From: the human T2T-CHM13v2.0 reference genome, Homo sapiens
DNA: 64,000 bases
NCBI RefSeq assembly: GCF_009914755.1
Contig: NC_060934.1
Strand: one strand, 5' to 3'
Shown here: positions 14,925 to 29,123 of the stretch, one piece after another
Position numbering within the stretch: the first letter of the stretch is position 1
Layout: each line of letters starts with the position of its first letter
Position numbers and translations under genes: made by a program
The notes under the pieces: model-generated
Databases searched by the model: none
What the model was told of the DNA's origin: nothing
Seen by the model: the letters and a program-made list of their open reading frames with translations, nothing else

Positions 14925-17291
14925 CTAGAAAAATGAAGAAAAAAAGAAACAGAGGATTTGAAGAATAACCTAATTTTAGGCTTCAGAACTGTCAAATACA
15001 TTTATGTTGGATTTCCATCTTGCAAACCACATCAACCTCCTAACTGAATCTACAAGCACTGCCTGGTTTACGCTGGAGTAGAGTGTATCTGGCATTGCCA
15101 GAGCAGACCTGCCGGTCTCTTGATGTTCATAAGGAATACAGGGAGATTAAAATCCCAAAGCCATTTTAGGCCTTAGGGTTTAACCTACGGCCCAAGGAGT
15201 CACTGGAAAGAAGATGGAAACAGTGGCAGCTGAGAGAAACTGGCTTTCCCTTCTTTTGCTTCCTAGAATCATTTTACAGAACCACAAAATGATGGAAGAA
15301 GAAGGGAGGCTAGAGACCATTTAGCTGAAGCATACTTAACTTAGGGAATCCTGGGCCTTTAAGCAATCTATGGGTGGGTCTCGAAGGTCTGTGAAACTCT
15401 GGAACTTATAAAGAAAACTGTGTCTATCTGTGTCAACACGTAGTGTGATGTAATGATGAACATAGGCTTTGGAGCCAACAACCTGGGTACTAATCGTGGC
15501 TCCATTCTTTACTAGTTCTATTGTCTTGACCAGTCACTTACTTCCTTGTCCTCCTATTTTCAAATGTGGGACATGCTTTTTAGGGCTGTTGTGAGAAGGA
15601 AATGAGTTGCTGTATGGAAAGGATTTAGAATAGTTGCATAGCAACGTCTAAACAATGTTGCCATCCTCATCATCATCTCGTTGTCATCTTTATTATCACC
15701 ATCATCTCATCAGATTCTCAAAGGGGCCCATGAACTCCAGAAAGATTTATGAACCAACCATGTAGGCCAAATCTCCATTCAATATGAGAACTTGGATGTG
15801 TTGTGATGAGACCCCCAAGGGTTCCTGAGAATGGCTGAGCTAGAGCCAGAATTAGCCTTCTGCTGCCAGGCCTTGCCTCCCACCATGGCATCTGGTGGGA
15901 CACAGGGTGAGGATTTCCACCAGGTTCACGAAGCTCTGATTCACAGTGTCCTTACCTAGAATTTCCACTCACTTGAATTTCACCTAGCTTCTTCAATGAA
16001 GAAAATCCTAGCACAACTTCCCTTAGACACTGAATTTCCTGTTACATAAAGTTTAGAAAGATTCCAATTTGATTCCTCAAAAACAGCTCATATCAGAAGT
16101 ATAAATAGATGACTGTGGTTTGCTCTGCAAATCTTAAAATTCACAGACAATTTCTCCATGAAAGTTATTACCAAATGTTTCTGTTTGGTTTCATAAATAA
16201 CTACGGCATTGTATTTGAAGGGTTAATTCCCCAGAGTGAGACTTTGAGGCAAAAAGATATCTGGAAGCTGTTAGTTCAAAAGTCACACTTGGGGCCTTGA
16301 ACAAATAGATGTCTACTGTGAAATACATGGCAGGAAGAGGGGCTGAGTTGGCAAACCCAGCTCTGGGCATCAGATATGTCATTTCTCCTCTTTGGGCCTC
16401 TGTTTTCTCATTTACAAGATAAGGAGACTGAAGGACATGATCCCTTAGGACCCAGCTCTAACATTCAGAACTTAAACAAGCACCCCAGCAGTACTTTGAT
16501 TTTGGTTGCGTTTCAATTACCTGGCTTTACCACTAGGAGGCACAAGAAGACAGGGTGACTTAGGGTGTTAGCCCAGTGTGGGGAATAAAGGCCTTTTTGC
16601 TTGTGGAAAGCATTCAATATGCTTTTCTTTCGGAACTTCCCTGTCCACTGCTTTATTAACCAATATTTAAAATGAGTTTGGAACGAATCACTTCCCCCTT
16701 TGATTTCCATATGCTAAAAGATCTGAGCTGTTTCCCCGAATCAGTTATGAAAGGTCCGCTGGTTCAAGTCAAATCTACTGGTTTTGCCTAACAGAGGCTT
16801 GGCCACAGTGTTCATCAGGCATTCAGTAAAAGAGCAAGTAAAAGGGCTGTTTCTAAAAATATGTTTATGAATTAGAGATATTGTTCTGAATGGTAAAATC
16901 AATGCTCCACTCCCAGATCCCATTCTCCGTAGGAGCCAGAAGTCACCCTTCTCCAGGGTGGGGGTCATTCTTGGGTTGATGAGAAGCAGAGGCTCAGGCT
17001 TGCTTCTTTCTCCGCTCCCCATCCCTTGCCTGAGGCTGCCTGGGACGTGCTTCTGGGAGTGGGGCCTCAGCCTCCCTAGGCTACTTGAGAACTGGCACCA
17101 AATCAGAAAGTGGAGCTTTTCCTGGTGGTGATTCAGGCACTCCTCCCAGTGAGGACTTTTTACGAAGTTTGAATAATTCAAAATCACTTCTTAGACAAAC
17201 ACTAGAAACAATTCCACAGGATTTACAGTCTTAGAATTTCAGGGAGGAGCGCCTGGATGAAAATTCTGAGATAGGCGTAAGATCACTGTAC

Positions 17292-17398
17292 CTCGTGTCT
17301 TCTATAACTTCATCTATCAGCTTCAGCCACAATTCAGCCAGCTGGTTTGCAGGAATTTTACCTTGTATCCCTGATTTTAGAGCTTCTATATTTGTTTG
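17292..17398 (-). CDS. MYOF: Exon 22 (107 nt) QTNIEALKSGIQGK...DEVIEDT(R), FerA
   Basis: CAG|CAA ... GAG|GTACAG. Confidence 0.96.
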
Positions 17399-18571
17399 CT
17401 GAAGAATTTGAAAAGAGAGGAAATAATTGATAATTGTTCATTATGCCATTATACCTTTTCATATAGTTTAACCTGTGAAATCATGTAAATATTTTTGTAT
17501 ATTCAAAAAACAAATAAAATGAAACCAGCAAAGATAGGAGAGGGAACCCTAAAGTGGAATATAACCAGAAATAAAACAGATCTAATTACATTTCAGATGA
17601 ATAACATAATTACACTAAACTAACCCAAGTAACTTTTGGAACACAGTATTTTGACTATGTACACTTTGTTAAAAGGCAGAAAAAAAAAACCCATAAACAT
17701 ATTGAACTCTAATTAGTAGGCTTATTTTTCACAGTGGTTTATCTACAGATTTTAGGATTGAACCAAGGAGTAAATATATTGAGGATAACAAAGGCCAGAT
17801 TTCTCACTGTTGGAGAAGAAAGTTAGAGACATAGAAATACAGAGGACTAGGATAAACCTTGTGGTATTGGACTGGAATTGGAAGTATCTTTATGAAGTCA
17901 TAGCTTTTAATATATTGATAGATATAGAAATAAATAGACATACATGTGTCTGTGCAAATTCGTTTGCTGAGAAGGCCTAGAAGCAATGATATTTCAGTAG
18001 TAGTGAGCACTGTATACCCAGATTTTGTTTCTAAAATGCTATTCCCCACTCAAAGGAAAAAGCTGCTTGGAGAAATAGCGATTTACGGACTGGGGCAGAG
18101 AAAGTACAAGATAAGCTCAAAACATATGGTTCTATTCCATTGAGCACCTGCCAACAGAGAAGTTGAGGAAGAGCCTACCATGACTGTCAAAAGTCCTAAT
18201 CAGGGAAAAGGGAAAGCCACCATCCTGTCCAGATTAGGCAGCCTGGTCAGTGGAGAGAGCTGATAAGAAGAACCAGGATGAAAATTGCTGAAGAGCATCT
18301 CAAACACAATTAGAACACAGGTGCAACTAATTCTCCACAAATGCCTTTGAGATGTACATTGCCTATCAATTGCAACTTTATTTTCAGGACAGTTATGATT
18401 AAGTCAATTTAAACCTATAGTTATCCTCCCAGATTGCCTTTATAACATAAAATGATATTTCAGATTTTGCCGTCGAGTTTTAGATCAAGTATACTCCTGA
18501 AACCCCATATGTTTTGGTCCAGCCCTGGTAGAGATTAGATCTTTAAAAAATTAATATTAACATAATGTTGA

Positions 18572-18984
<413 letters not shown>

Positions 18985-19329
18985 CAAGTAACTTAGTATT
19001 TTTGCTTAATTAGAAATATCACAGACATATCCCCCTTCTCCTCACCAATCTAGTTGACCAATGTCAACTAGACAGATAATCACAGATATCATATGTATGC
19101 AGTTTTCACCCAAGGAAATCCCCAACCTCCAAACAAAAGAAGTTCCTCTAGTCTGCAGCAAGAGTGGAATGTGTCAGACACTGGTTCCTCAAAGCTACCT
19201 CTTCCTGCAGTGGAGATTTCCACTGCAAAGTTCTCAGAGTTTCATATTGCTATTGGAATGAACCATTCTCTCTACACAAAAATTACGGCAGAAACTATGA
19301 GTTCCTGTTCCACCCCACTCCTACCTTTT

Positions 19330-19790
19330 TAATCCTCCCCTCTTCCAAAGTAAGAAAATTTTTATCTGGGCATATGCCTGCCCAGGCATAAGACTAACAT
19401 TTTCCACCTTCGTTGGAGTCACATGTGGCTGTATGACTGGATTCTGGCCAGTGGAAAGTGAGTAGAAATTAAGAGTATGACTTCTGCATCCTTCCCTTCA
19501 AGAGAAAGGCCTATGTCATCTTCTCCCCACTGTTTACCAGCCCTCCCCTCAGGCTGGAGGGCAGATGTAGTAGTGAGCTGCCTCTACCATGCAGACAATG
19601 ATAACTCCTGAGTGATGGCAGAGCAACCGGGGGTAAGAGCCTGGGTCTCCAATACCACTGAACCTCCATACTAACTTAGGACCATCTACCTCCACTGTTC
19701 CTAGAGACATTGCTCTTACCTTATTGATCACTGTACTAAGCACTTTCTTGTGTTATAGTGGCCTGGCCTCCATCCTAATACCTAATTCAC
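19330..19790. mobile_element. Old MaLR LTR (MLT1-type)
   Basis: GTGGCTGTATGACTGGATTCTGGCCAGTGGAA and GATGGCAGAGCAAC...GAGCCTGGGTC motifs. Confidence 0.55.
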
Positions 19791-19831
19791 CCTGCTTGGT
19801 GAAAAGGAAATGCAGAAAAAGAGAAACTTAC

Positions 19832-19956
19832 CAGCCGTTCTGCCATAGCTAGGAGAGTGTTCACCGCATCCAGGCGATGACTAATATCCTCCCAGTATGA
19901 AGTCAGGGTAACAACTGGCTTGGTGTGGGCCCAAGGCAAGTAATAATAGTAGTTGC
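19832..19956 (-). CDS. MYOF: Exon 21 (125 nt) (G)[15 protein letters not shown]...AMAERL
   Basis: CAG|GC ... CTG|GTAAGT; ORF 19787..19987. Confidence 0.97.
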
Positions 19957-21187
19957 CTGGTATAAAACATTGGGGGTCAATGAACACTGAACACTTAAAA
20001 TAGACAGCATGTTTATTAAAGAGATGTGCAGACTGAGCTGCTGATTAATCCACAGGCTTGGGGAATAGCTTGAGGTGGTCTGGTTCTTTAATTTGACTCA
20101 ATTAAGCAACTGAAGACTAGGAAGCTCTTTTTCATTCAGGCTGTTCTGAAATTTTCTCTGAGACACCCTAGTAAACTGAGCACAGCAATCTCAGGATCGT
20201 TTAGTGATTCAGGGCCATGCATCTGAACATCAAAGATGGTTTCTTAACGTGGTAGTAGAAAATACAGATGACATAGGAAGCTAGACTGAACATGTTAGTC
20301 CCTAAAAACTGTTATTCTAAATAAATGTTTTTGTTGGAACTGGGGCAAAAGAAAAGAATTTTCTGTTCTTGGAAAGCTTTAGCTGGCTACATAGGGTTTG
20401 GTACTAGAGCCTTACTGTGATTAAGAATTATTAGCTGATGTTTCCTAGGATGTCTTACATTTTAAAACTGCTTGTACAAAAATTAAGTTAAAACTCTGGC
20501 AATACTGTTGGGAAATTTGATCAGTATTCCTCTCTCCCTTCTCTGTACTCTCAAACCATTTGTTGACAGTTTTATTGGAAGTTCTCATACTTTGCTTTCT
20601 ATTATGATTTATTTTATACACTAGAATGTAAGCTCCTTAAAATCAGGGACTGTTTCTCACCCATCTTTGTTCAAATACAGCTATTTAATCCTCATGTCAA
20701 CTCCAGAGAAGACGAAGAAACTGAGGGTTAGAATTCAGTGACACGGTTAAGGTCACAAGCTGGTGAGTAACAGAGTGAAGACCAGAAGCATGATTTCCCA
20801 GTAGCTGATCCAGAGTCCCATTCATTTTCCACTACTCAGCCTAAGAAAGATTTGGGGCTTCGTAGGGGTAGGAGCTGCTTTGCGGAGCTCAGAACTTAGC
20901 ACAGTGGCTACCTTGGGGTCTTACATGGCAAAACCATTGTTAAAGCTGGGTGGGGAGAGGGTAGCATTGGGGTTCAGCCTCTGGCAATGGGACCTGCAAC
21001 TTCTTGGGTCTGGCCAGTCTTTAAGGTGCCTGAACCCCAACCACACTCTCTTCCTCATTCAACCTTTTCCTTTCCACTAACCATAGGCTGCGTAGAACAG
21101 TGCCAGAGGGAAGACACAGTGCTTGCTTCCGGTCCCGTGGTGCACCCATTGTAAACGTGTGGAGAGAACTGTTAGTGCCAATCTTAC

Positions 21188-21365
21188 CATCAAATACAGC
21201 ACGGCTGTACTGAGTTGTTGATGCCAAAGGCTTACAGGTGGTGTCAAACTTGTTGCCATAGTTCCCAATGCTGACTTCAAACTGAATGGCCTCACCAACA
21301 TCTTGCAACATGGTGGCTGAATGAAACACGGCAGACAGGCTGTACTTCCGCCTTCGCTGGTATTT
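21188..21365 (-). CDS. MYOF: Exon 20 (178 nt) [20 protein letters not shown]...SRAVFD(G)
   Basis: TAG|AAA ... ATG|GTAAGA; ORF 21021..21329. Confidence 0.97.
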
Positions 21366-21683
21366 CTATAAAGTATGAGCAGACATAAGGTTCAGTGAAA
21401 GGCCATTTGTTCTTATTTACATGTGGATTTCTAGGAGACGCAATTCTACACCTAATAATTAGTGCTGAATTAAATGACAGGGGAGAATGTTCTTGGACCC
21501 AGCTGTTCCTCTTGCACTCATACAAGTGAGCAAAGATAGAAGCACTAGGATGTTCCTGGCAGCATTGATTGAAATGGAGGGGAAGAAATGAAAACAGTAC
21601 ACAAGTCTTTCAGTAGACCACTTGTTAAACAAGTTATGTTATATCCATAAAATAGAATGAAGGTTCATAAAAAGACTTAATTA

Positions 21684-22022
<339 letters not shown>

Positions 22023-22210
22023 TTAAGTAAATCTATTAAATAGATATTTTAATATTCATAAAGGCATATTCATAAAGAAGGTCTGGAGGAATATAACTCA
22101 AATTGTTAACAGTAGTTATGTTGAAGAAGGTAGAGAGATTATGGCAAACTTTACTTTCTAACTTATACATTTTTAATGATTTTGAATGAAGCATTAATTT
22201 TTTTTTCTCT

Positions 22211-22367
22211 ATTTTCTTTTTTTTTGAGACAGGGTCTCATGCTGTCACCTAGGTTGGAGTGCAATGGCATGATCACGGCTTACTACAGCTTCGACTTCTT
22301 GGGCACAAGTGACCCTCTGGCCTCCCAACTAGCTGCGACTACAGGTGCGTGCCACTGCACCCAGCTA
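22211..22367 (-). mobile_element. Partial old Alu (right arm)
   Basis: Alu right-monomer match. Confidence 0.8.
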
Positions 22368-22871
22368 AACTATTGATTTTCTAATCAGAAATAACAATAA
22401 AGATTTTCATGTCAGATGTAAATAAAAATAAGGAAACTGGGTAAATTTATTTTAAATTGAAATGGGAAATTAAACCTTCCTTTTTCTTTTTAAATTACTG
22501 GTTTACTAAGAGAGTTGAAGATAGGGTCAACGATAACCACATTGAGTGCCTATCAGCCTACCAGAAATGACCATGAGCCCTTCAAGCCTTCCTTCATGGG
22601 CACATAAAATCTCTTGAATCCATATCCTGCCCCAAATCCTTGCTCAGCTGGCATATCTCCTTCTTTATGAGCCATATCTCCACAGATCTTCAGGCACTGT
22701 GCCTTCTTTTACCAAAGAGCCATGCAATGGTTTAGGTTGCTGTGTTTCATTATGTCCCGTGCATTCTGCCATGCAATACGATCCGCATCCTGTGTCTATT
22801 CTAGAACTCTGGTGGTACCCAGTCTCTGCGTTCAATTATTTTGGGTATATACCCAGAAGTGGAATTTTTAA

Positions 22872-23213
<342 letters not shown>

Positions 23214-24325
23214 TGAAGCTTGTGGTCTTGAAGAACCCCTGGACATCCTTCTATTACAGAGTCTCCATTTTGGTTAAAGGAGTTTTTGACATGGTATAAT
23301 AGAACCCTCCAATAGGGTTTTGTCAAATCCCCTCTAGGCCTCAATCTTTCTAAAAAGTCTCTCTAAACACTGGTTTGTAACCTGAGCTGCACATTGAATG
23401 ACCTGAGGAAGCTTTGACGGGAGCATTGTGAGTCTAAAAGCCTCCCTAGCTTAGTCCACTGTCACCTTGATAAGGGAGGATTGGGGGTGCACGCTACTTG
23501 TCAAGAGCTCTGCTTAACTACCCACAGCGAAGCCCCCTGGAATACCCGTGGTCCAGAATGATGTGGAAATTCTGGGTTTGGGTTTGAATTGTGTCAAAAT
23601 GAAAAAGTAGGAAGTTATTTGGATTAGTCATAACTACATACAGCATAACTTCTTTGTAAACCAACTAGGATGATAGGAGAAAAGGGAAAGAGCTAAAAAT
23701 AGGAAACATAATTTGTGGCCTGAGTCAGGACCCAGGAGAAAATGACCGGTATTTAAGCCAGAGCCATCTGTTAAGCCAGGGACTGCACAGGATGGAGAAG
23801 GATCATGGGGAGGCTTGGAGGTGGGGTGGGAACTACGGGGATGATACTCCCAGCTGGGCCGGCTCTACCCCGTAGGCCTCCACATAGCCAGGATTCCATT
23901 AGAACCCCATGGATGCTCTCACGCAGAGCTTGCAAAATGACCCACAGAATCCCTGATAGGACCCTCACCCTGGAGAGTCTGAGCCCTAAAAGCAATAGTT
24001 TGGGCTTCTGGCCATCAGCACAATTCCCAACAGAGAAGGGACTCACTATGAGCAAGCCGCTGAAGATGGAGCCGCTGGATCACTGTGCAAGCCCAGATTC
24101 CAGGAGGGGCAACGCTACCATCTGCTCACCTGTGCCAGAGCCAGGCTACCCTCGATGATTCAGGCAGCTGAGAATTCTGCCGCTCCCTCAGACCTTTCCC
24201 ACTTCCTCTCTGCCCTCAGGGCACAAAGAGGTAGAGAGAGGAAGGAACAATAAACACCATTCAGAGAAGTACAGAGCCTGGGACAAGATCTGCCTACAAC
24301 AAGAGAAAATGAAATAATATAAATT

Positions 24326-24634
24326 GGGCTGGGCGTGGTGGTTTACGCCTTTAATCCCAGCACTTTGGGAGGCCGAGGCTGGCGGCGGATTACCTGAGGT
24401 CAGGAGTTTGAGACCAGCCTGGCCAACATGGTGAAACTCTATCTCTACTAAAAATACAAAAAATTAGCTGGGCATGGTGAGAGGTGCCTGTAATCCCAGC
24501 TACTCAGGAGGCTGAGGCAAGAGAATCACTTGAACCCAGGAGGTGGAGGTTGCAGTGAGCCAAGGTCACACCATTGCACTCCAGCCTGGGCAACAAGAGT
24601 GAAACTCTGTCTCAGAAAAAAAAAAAAAAAAGAA
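24326..24634 (+). mobile_element. AluS
   Basis: Full Alu with poly(A) tail. Confidence 0.95.
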
Positions 24635-27600
24635 GAATGTAAGTTGTAGTCTATTGGACTTAGGTGGGGTTAGGGCCTTGGGGCTCTCTTTCTGATCATC
24701 AGTGACTAGTGCACCTTGTGGATAAGGTGGTATAAAGTAGAGTTTCAGCAGTCGATTTGCAAAAGGAGGTGATTTCTGTCAAGCAAGATACCGATAAGGG
24801 CTAAGAGTTGTTGAAAGTGGCTGTGGACACACAAGGCATGGGACATTAAAGGTCAGTGACAAGATCAGGTACCAATGAACACTGCCCAGCATGCCACCTT
24901 CGGTATGTCTACTGAAGGGAGCTGATACCTGATGGAGCAGCTGGAAGAACCTGAAGGTGCTGTTTCTAGCAATATTTTTGAGCCCTTAATGTGGGCCAGA
25001 CCAATGAGAGCTCTCAAGGAGATTGTAGTTGAGTAGGAGAGAGAATGCAAGTGCATAGAATGCTCCCAAAATACATTCGGTCACATCCAAGGAAAATGGG
25101 GAAAGAGGAGCAGGGAGAAAGCAGTCCAAGAACAGACTCTTGATCCTGGAGACAAAAAATGGAGTCCTTTAGTGGCAGGGCAGAGGTTCCAGAAGCCAGC
25201 GGGTATTAGAATAACACTGGGTTGGCAACACTTGATCTTCTGTCTGCCTGATTCTTACTGTGGAAGTGGCCAGGCTGAATCTGCTGCATCCCTCCTGCAC
25301 TGCAGCCTCTCTTGACCAGGCCCACCGGGAGCAATAGCTCAGCTCTGCTTTAGAAAGATGGGGAGCACTTGGCAGTTTGGCAAAAAATTTGCCCATTTGT
25401 TGCAGCCTCTTTAGCTTTACCAAAAAGTTTTGTTAGCTGCACATAATCCAGAACAGAGGACCTTTGCAAGACAGACAAGGGTCATGAGCATGTTTGTAGG
25501 TTGACTGCATTCGTTAAGTCCTTCTGGCAGGTGCACAGATCTGCTCATTTCACTCTCTCCTGGGGCTCCTGTTGCTTGAAGTGTGGCTATGTCTTCAGAA
25601 TCCTCATTTCTCTCCTATTCTGTAACACTGTTAGGTTTTTAAAATTTTTGCTTCATTTCACTTTTGATTTATATTTATTTAATTAAAAAGATGAGCTATT
25701 TTGCTGTCTGTGTTTAATTTAGAGCAAAGAAAATGAATTCTGTTTTACCAGTCAATAAAAAGCTGTTCTTTTATTCTGTTGACATATACTGTGGGCAATA
25801 TATATTGTTGACTTTTTTTTTTTTTTGCTTTTACACTAAATTAATGAAATAAGCTTCTTTGCCTGTATGTGTTTAACTATTTGCAGTGAAGAAAACTAAT
25901 TTGGTTTTGCATTCCAGTTAATAAAGCATTTAAAAAATATTTTCTTGGGCCTCTTTCTCCTTCTCCCTGCAACTATGGTTATTTAAAACAAAGAGAAGCA
26001 GCATGAACTTAAATTACATTCTGGTGATGGAACCAAATAAAAGAGGTACTATAATGGTTGAGTGTCCATGGTGGCATTTCTGAATAACCCTGAATTCCAA
26101 CCAATATTTCAAGAGCTAACTCCAATCTGTAACTACTCAAGTCAAGAACCACCATGTGTCTCCACGGAGGCCTCCAAGTGGTTTCTGGCTATTCTTTTGC
26201 ATGATCCTGGCTGTAACTAGCATGCAAACTGTCCCTTTTCTCACTCTCCCGCCCTCTTTTTTCCTTTTCTTAATTTTTCCTCAAGATCTATTGCAATTCC
26301 TGGACTTCAGAGTGGGTAATGTTGTGGAATAGAAAGACTATGACCAGGACCTTATTGACTTTTGGCTCCGTGTCTCTTTAGTAAAAAAACAAAACAAATG
26401 ATCATCTTTGCTGTAGTAATTCATGGGGAAGAACTATTTATTTTCCCCATGTGAAGTTACACGGATGCCCCGTGGCTTGCTGCTGTGGTGATGCTAGGTT
26501 CCTTCCTGAGGCTGGGGGGTGGAGAGAGGGCAGTCTCAGGAGCCTGCTCCTTTCCTCTCAAAGGAGGAGACAGGAATGAAATTGGTGCAGCTCAAGCACT
26601 GGACCACAGATGTTCCCAACATGTAAAGGCTGAGGAATCCAGAACAGACTGCTTTGGATGCTAACCTCCTGATACGGCTGCCTTCTGGGAGTCAATGAGC
26701 AAGGCCACATTGCTCTGGGGAAGAAGGGATAGTTTCTGTTAAAGGGTGTGGCTATTCTCCCTGTCAATCATCCTGCAAAGGGGGCAGATGTAACAGGCAG
26801 ACATCAGACGACTAGAGGGAGAAGGCCCTGGCTCGCTGGAGAACTCACGGCAGTTGGGCCTGGACTCAGATGAAAACGTGTTCTGGGTACCACGGGAGTT
26901 TGGGGGAGAGCATGGAGAACCCAGTCCTGCCACAAGGAGACAGGCTGCGAGTAGACAGGAAGGCTGACTGTCAGGGACCCAGAACACCAGCCTGACCCCA
27001 TGAGCTTTGAGAATAGCCACATTTCGCAACCACGTTGTCACCCTTTTTACTGTATTTTCGTATTCTTATCCCAAAAACTGAAAGTGAAAGCTTTTTAAAA
27101 GTTGCTGTTTGGTTTCTGCTGTAAAGTGGTGAAATCAGGGCAGGGCCTGTCCTGTGTGCTTGGAACAGAGGGCAACAGCAGCCTGGGGCAGCTGGGGGGC
27201 TGGCGGTGATTTGCAACCCAGCAAGGAGGGCCGCGGGCAGAGGGGCATCCATGAGCTGGCTGTGCTGGCAAATGATTCAGATTTGTGGAACACACAGGCA
27301 TCGACCTGGATTCTCAGAAATGGTTGGGGAAGTCAACTGGGAAGATTTCCTGTCTTCAAGGAGGAAGCGGGGTTCACAGCCATTGCAGTGTGGGCCCTCA
27401 GCACACCTGCCCTCCTGTGCTGGGAAGCCTGAGGCCCACCAGCCACCTCTGAAAATGGAAATGAGTAGAGGTGGCACCTACAGCTCTTGGTGCCAGCAAG
27501 AAGTGGCTGTTATGGCCACTTCCCCATGACCCCCAACGCCAGTTAGCAAACAGGTCATTCAGTTTGTGGGTATCAGTGTTCTTGCCAGTTTTCAATAGGG

Positions 27601-27765
27601 TATTAACATCTCAAAGGATGAAGCGATCCTCATAGGGCTGTTGTAGAAACATCCAGATGAGGGCCTCATTGTGAGTTGGGTTGCCTTCCGACTCCCCCAG
27701 CTACCCCTTCAGTCCCTGGAGGTCTCCTTTTCTATACCATGCATTACTCACACTTTAACATTTAC

Positions 27766-27882
27766 CTCAACAACCAGCAGGTCATCATTTGAAATGGGCT
27801 CAAGCTTTTTATCTGGTGGTGTCTTCTCAAGAAAAGTGGCTAATTCAACCAAGATCCTGCCTCTGTAGGCAACTCCTTCCCC
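27766..27882 (-). CDS. MYOF: Exon 19 (117 nt) GEGVAYRGRILVEL...DDLLVVE
   Basis: CAG|GGG ... GAG|GTAAAT. Confidence 0.96.
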
Positions 27883-28998
27883 CTGAAAGGCAATAATCCA
27901 GGATTATTCCTCTAGGCAGCAACAGCAAAAAGAATTCTGTGTCTCTAGTCAGGCTAATACAACTGCAAAAAGTTTCTCCTTCCCATGGCCCTAACCTTCG
28001 AAATGAATCAGTCGGCAACTCTCCCAGCTGGATTCAGGTCTCTGGTGTTTGAAAGAGAGCCATTGGCTTTAGGACAGATCTCAAAGAGTACCTTGGGATG
28101 CTAGGGCTGAAAAAGATCTTAGCTGTGACCAAGGTCAGAGGTCTTCAAACCATGCTCTAGCTCCAGAAGGAGTTTGTGGAGGCTGGGAGGTGGGGGGTGG
28201 GGGGTGGATGGGGCTCTAAGTCTCCCTTCACCGTACTTCAGCAGGGAAGCTCTGCATTTATCTGGGTTAACTTGGCTGCTTTTCTCCTCTTCTCAGAATA
28301 GGGAGGCTGCCATGCTGGCAACCAGGGCAAGTCTCAGAATAGCCAGGAAGTAAAGGAGGAAGATGTAGGAGGAAGAAGTTCTGGGTGCAGCTGAGCCTGA
28401 GGATGAAGAGTGGATACTTCTCCCACCATACCCAGCAGTGCTGGCAATAGAACCTTCTGGAAAGGACGGAAGGGTCCCCACCTCCACAGCCAGTCTTTTA
28501 CCCTTCCCCTCTGAGGGCTTTTTCTCTCTAGCTTGGTCTCTTTCTTGAGCCTTGGGAGATAACCTAAAAGACATTTGGCTTCTGTTGTGGTAAAAAGAGC
28601 ATCTCCCATCTCTGGGCTTCCATGTCTTCATCTATGAAATGAAAGGATTGATCAGATCAAGGGTAATAAAGGGTTTCAGGGTGCATGCCACTGCCTAGTG
28701 CTTGGTAAATTCCTGGAATATGATGTTGAAAAGAATTCCAAGGCAGCCCAGGGGCTTATTAGGAAAGAGAGCCAGCATTGATTATTGATGTCTACCATAA
28801 GCATAGAAGTTGGGGGAAATGGCCATTGGCCATTGGCCATCCCCCAGTGAGATGATCTCCACAGTCTTTTCCTATCTTTGCATTCTAAGTCTTAGGGAGT
28901 ATGAAACTTCTATCCTGCAATACTTGATCAGACATTATAAGAAGAAATAATCACCTTAACCAATGCTGATTAATAACCACCTTAATTGAGAAACCAAC

Positions 28999-29123
28999 CT
29001 TTCCAGTATTCAGCTCATCATAGGGGTCTGGGAATCCCGTGTACTCTCTGGGGCTTCCATAAAGATTCAGGTAACAAGGTCCAAACGTTGGAACAAAGCC
29101 TACCTCTGTTTCTCCTGTGTTTA
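28999..29123 (-). CDS. MYOF: Exon 18 (125 nt) (V)[27 protein letters not shown]...NTGK
   Basis: CAG|TA ... AAG|GTTGGT; ORF 28951..29169. Confidence 0.97.
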
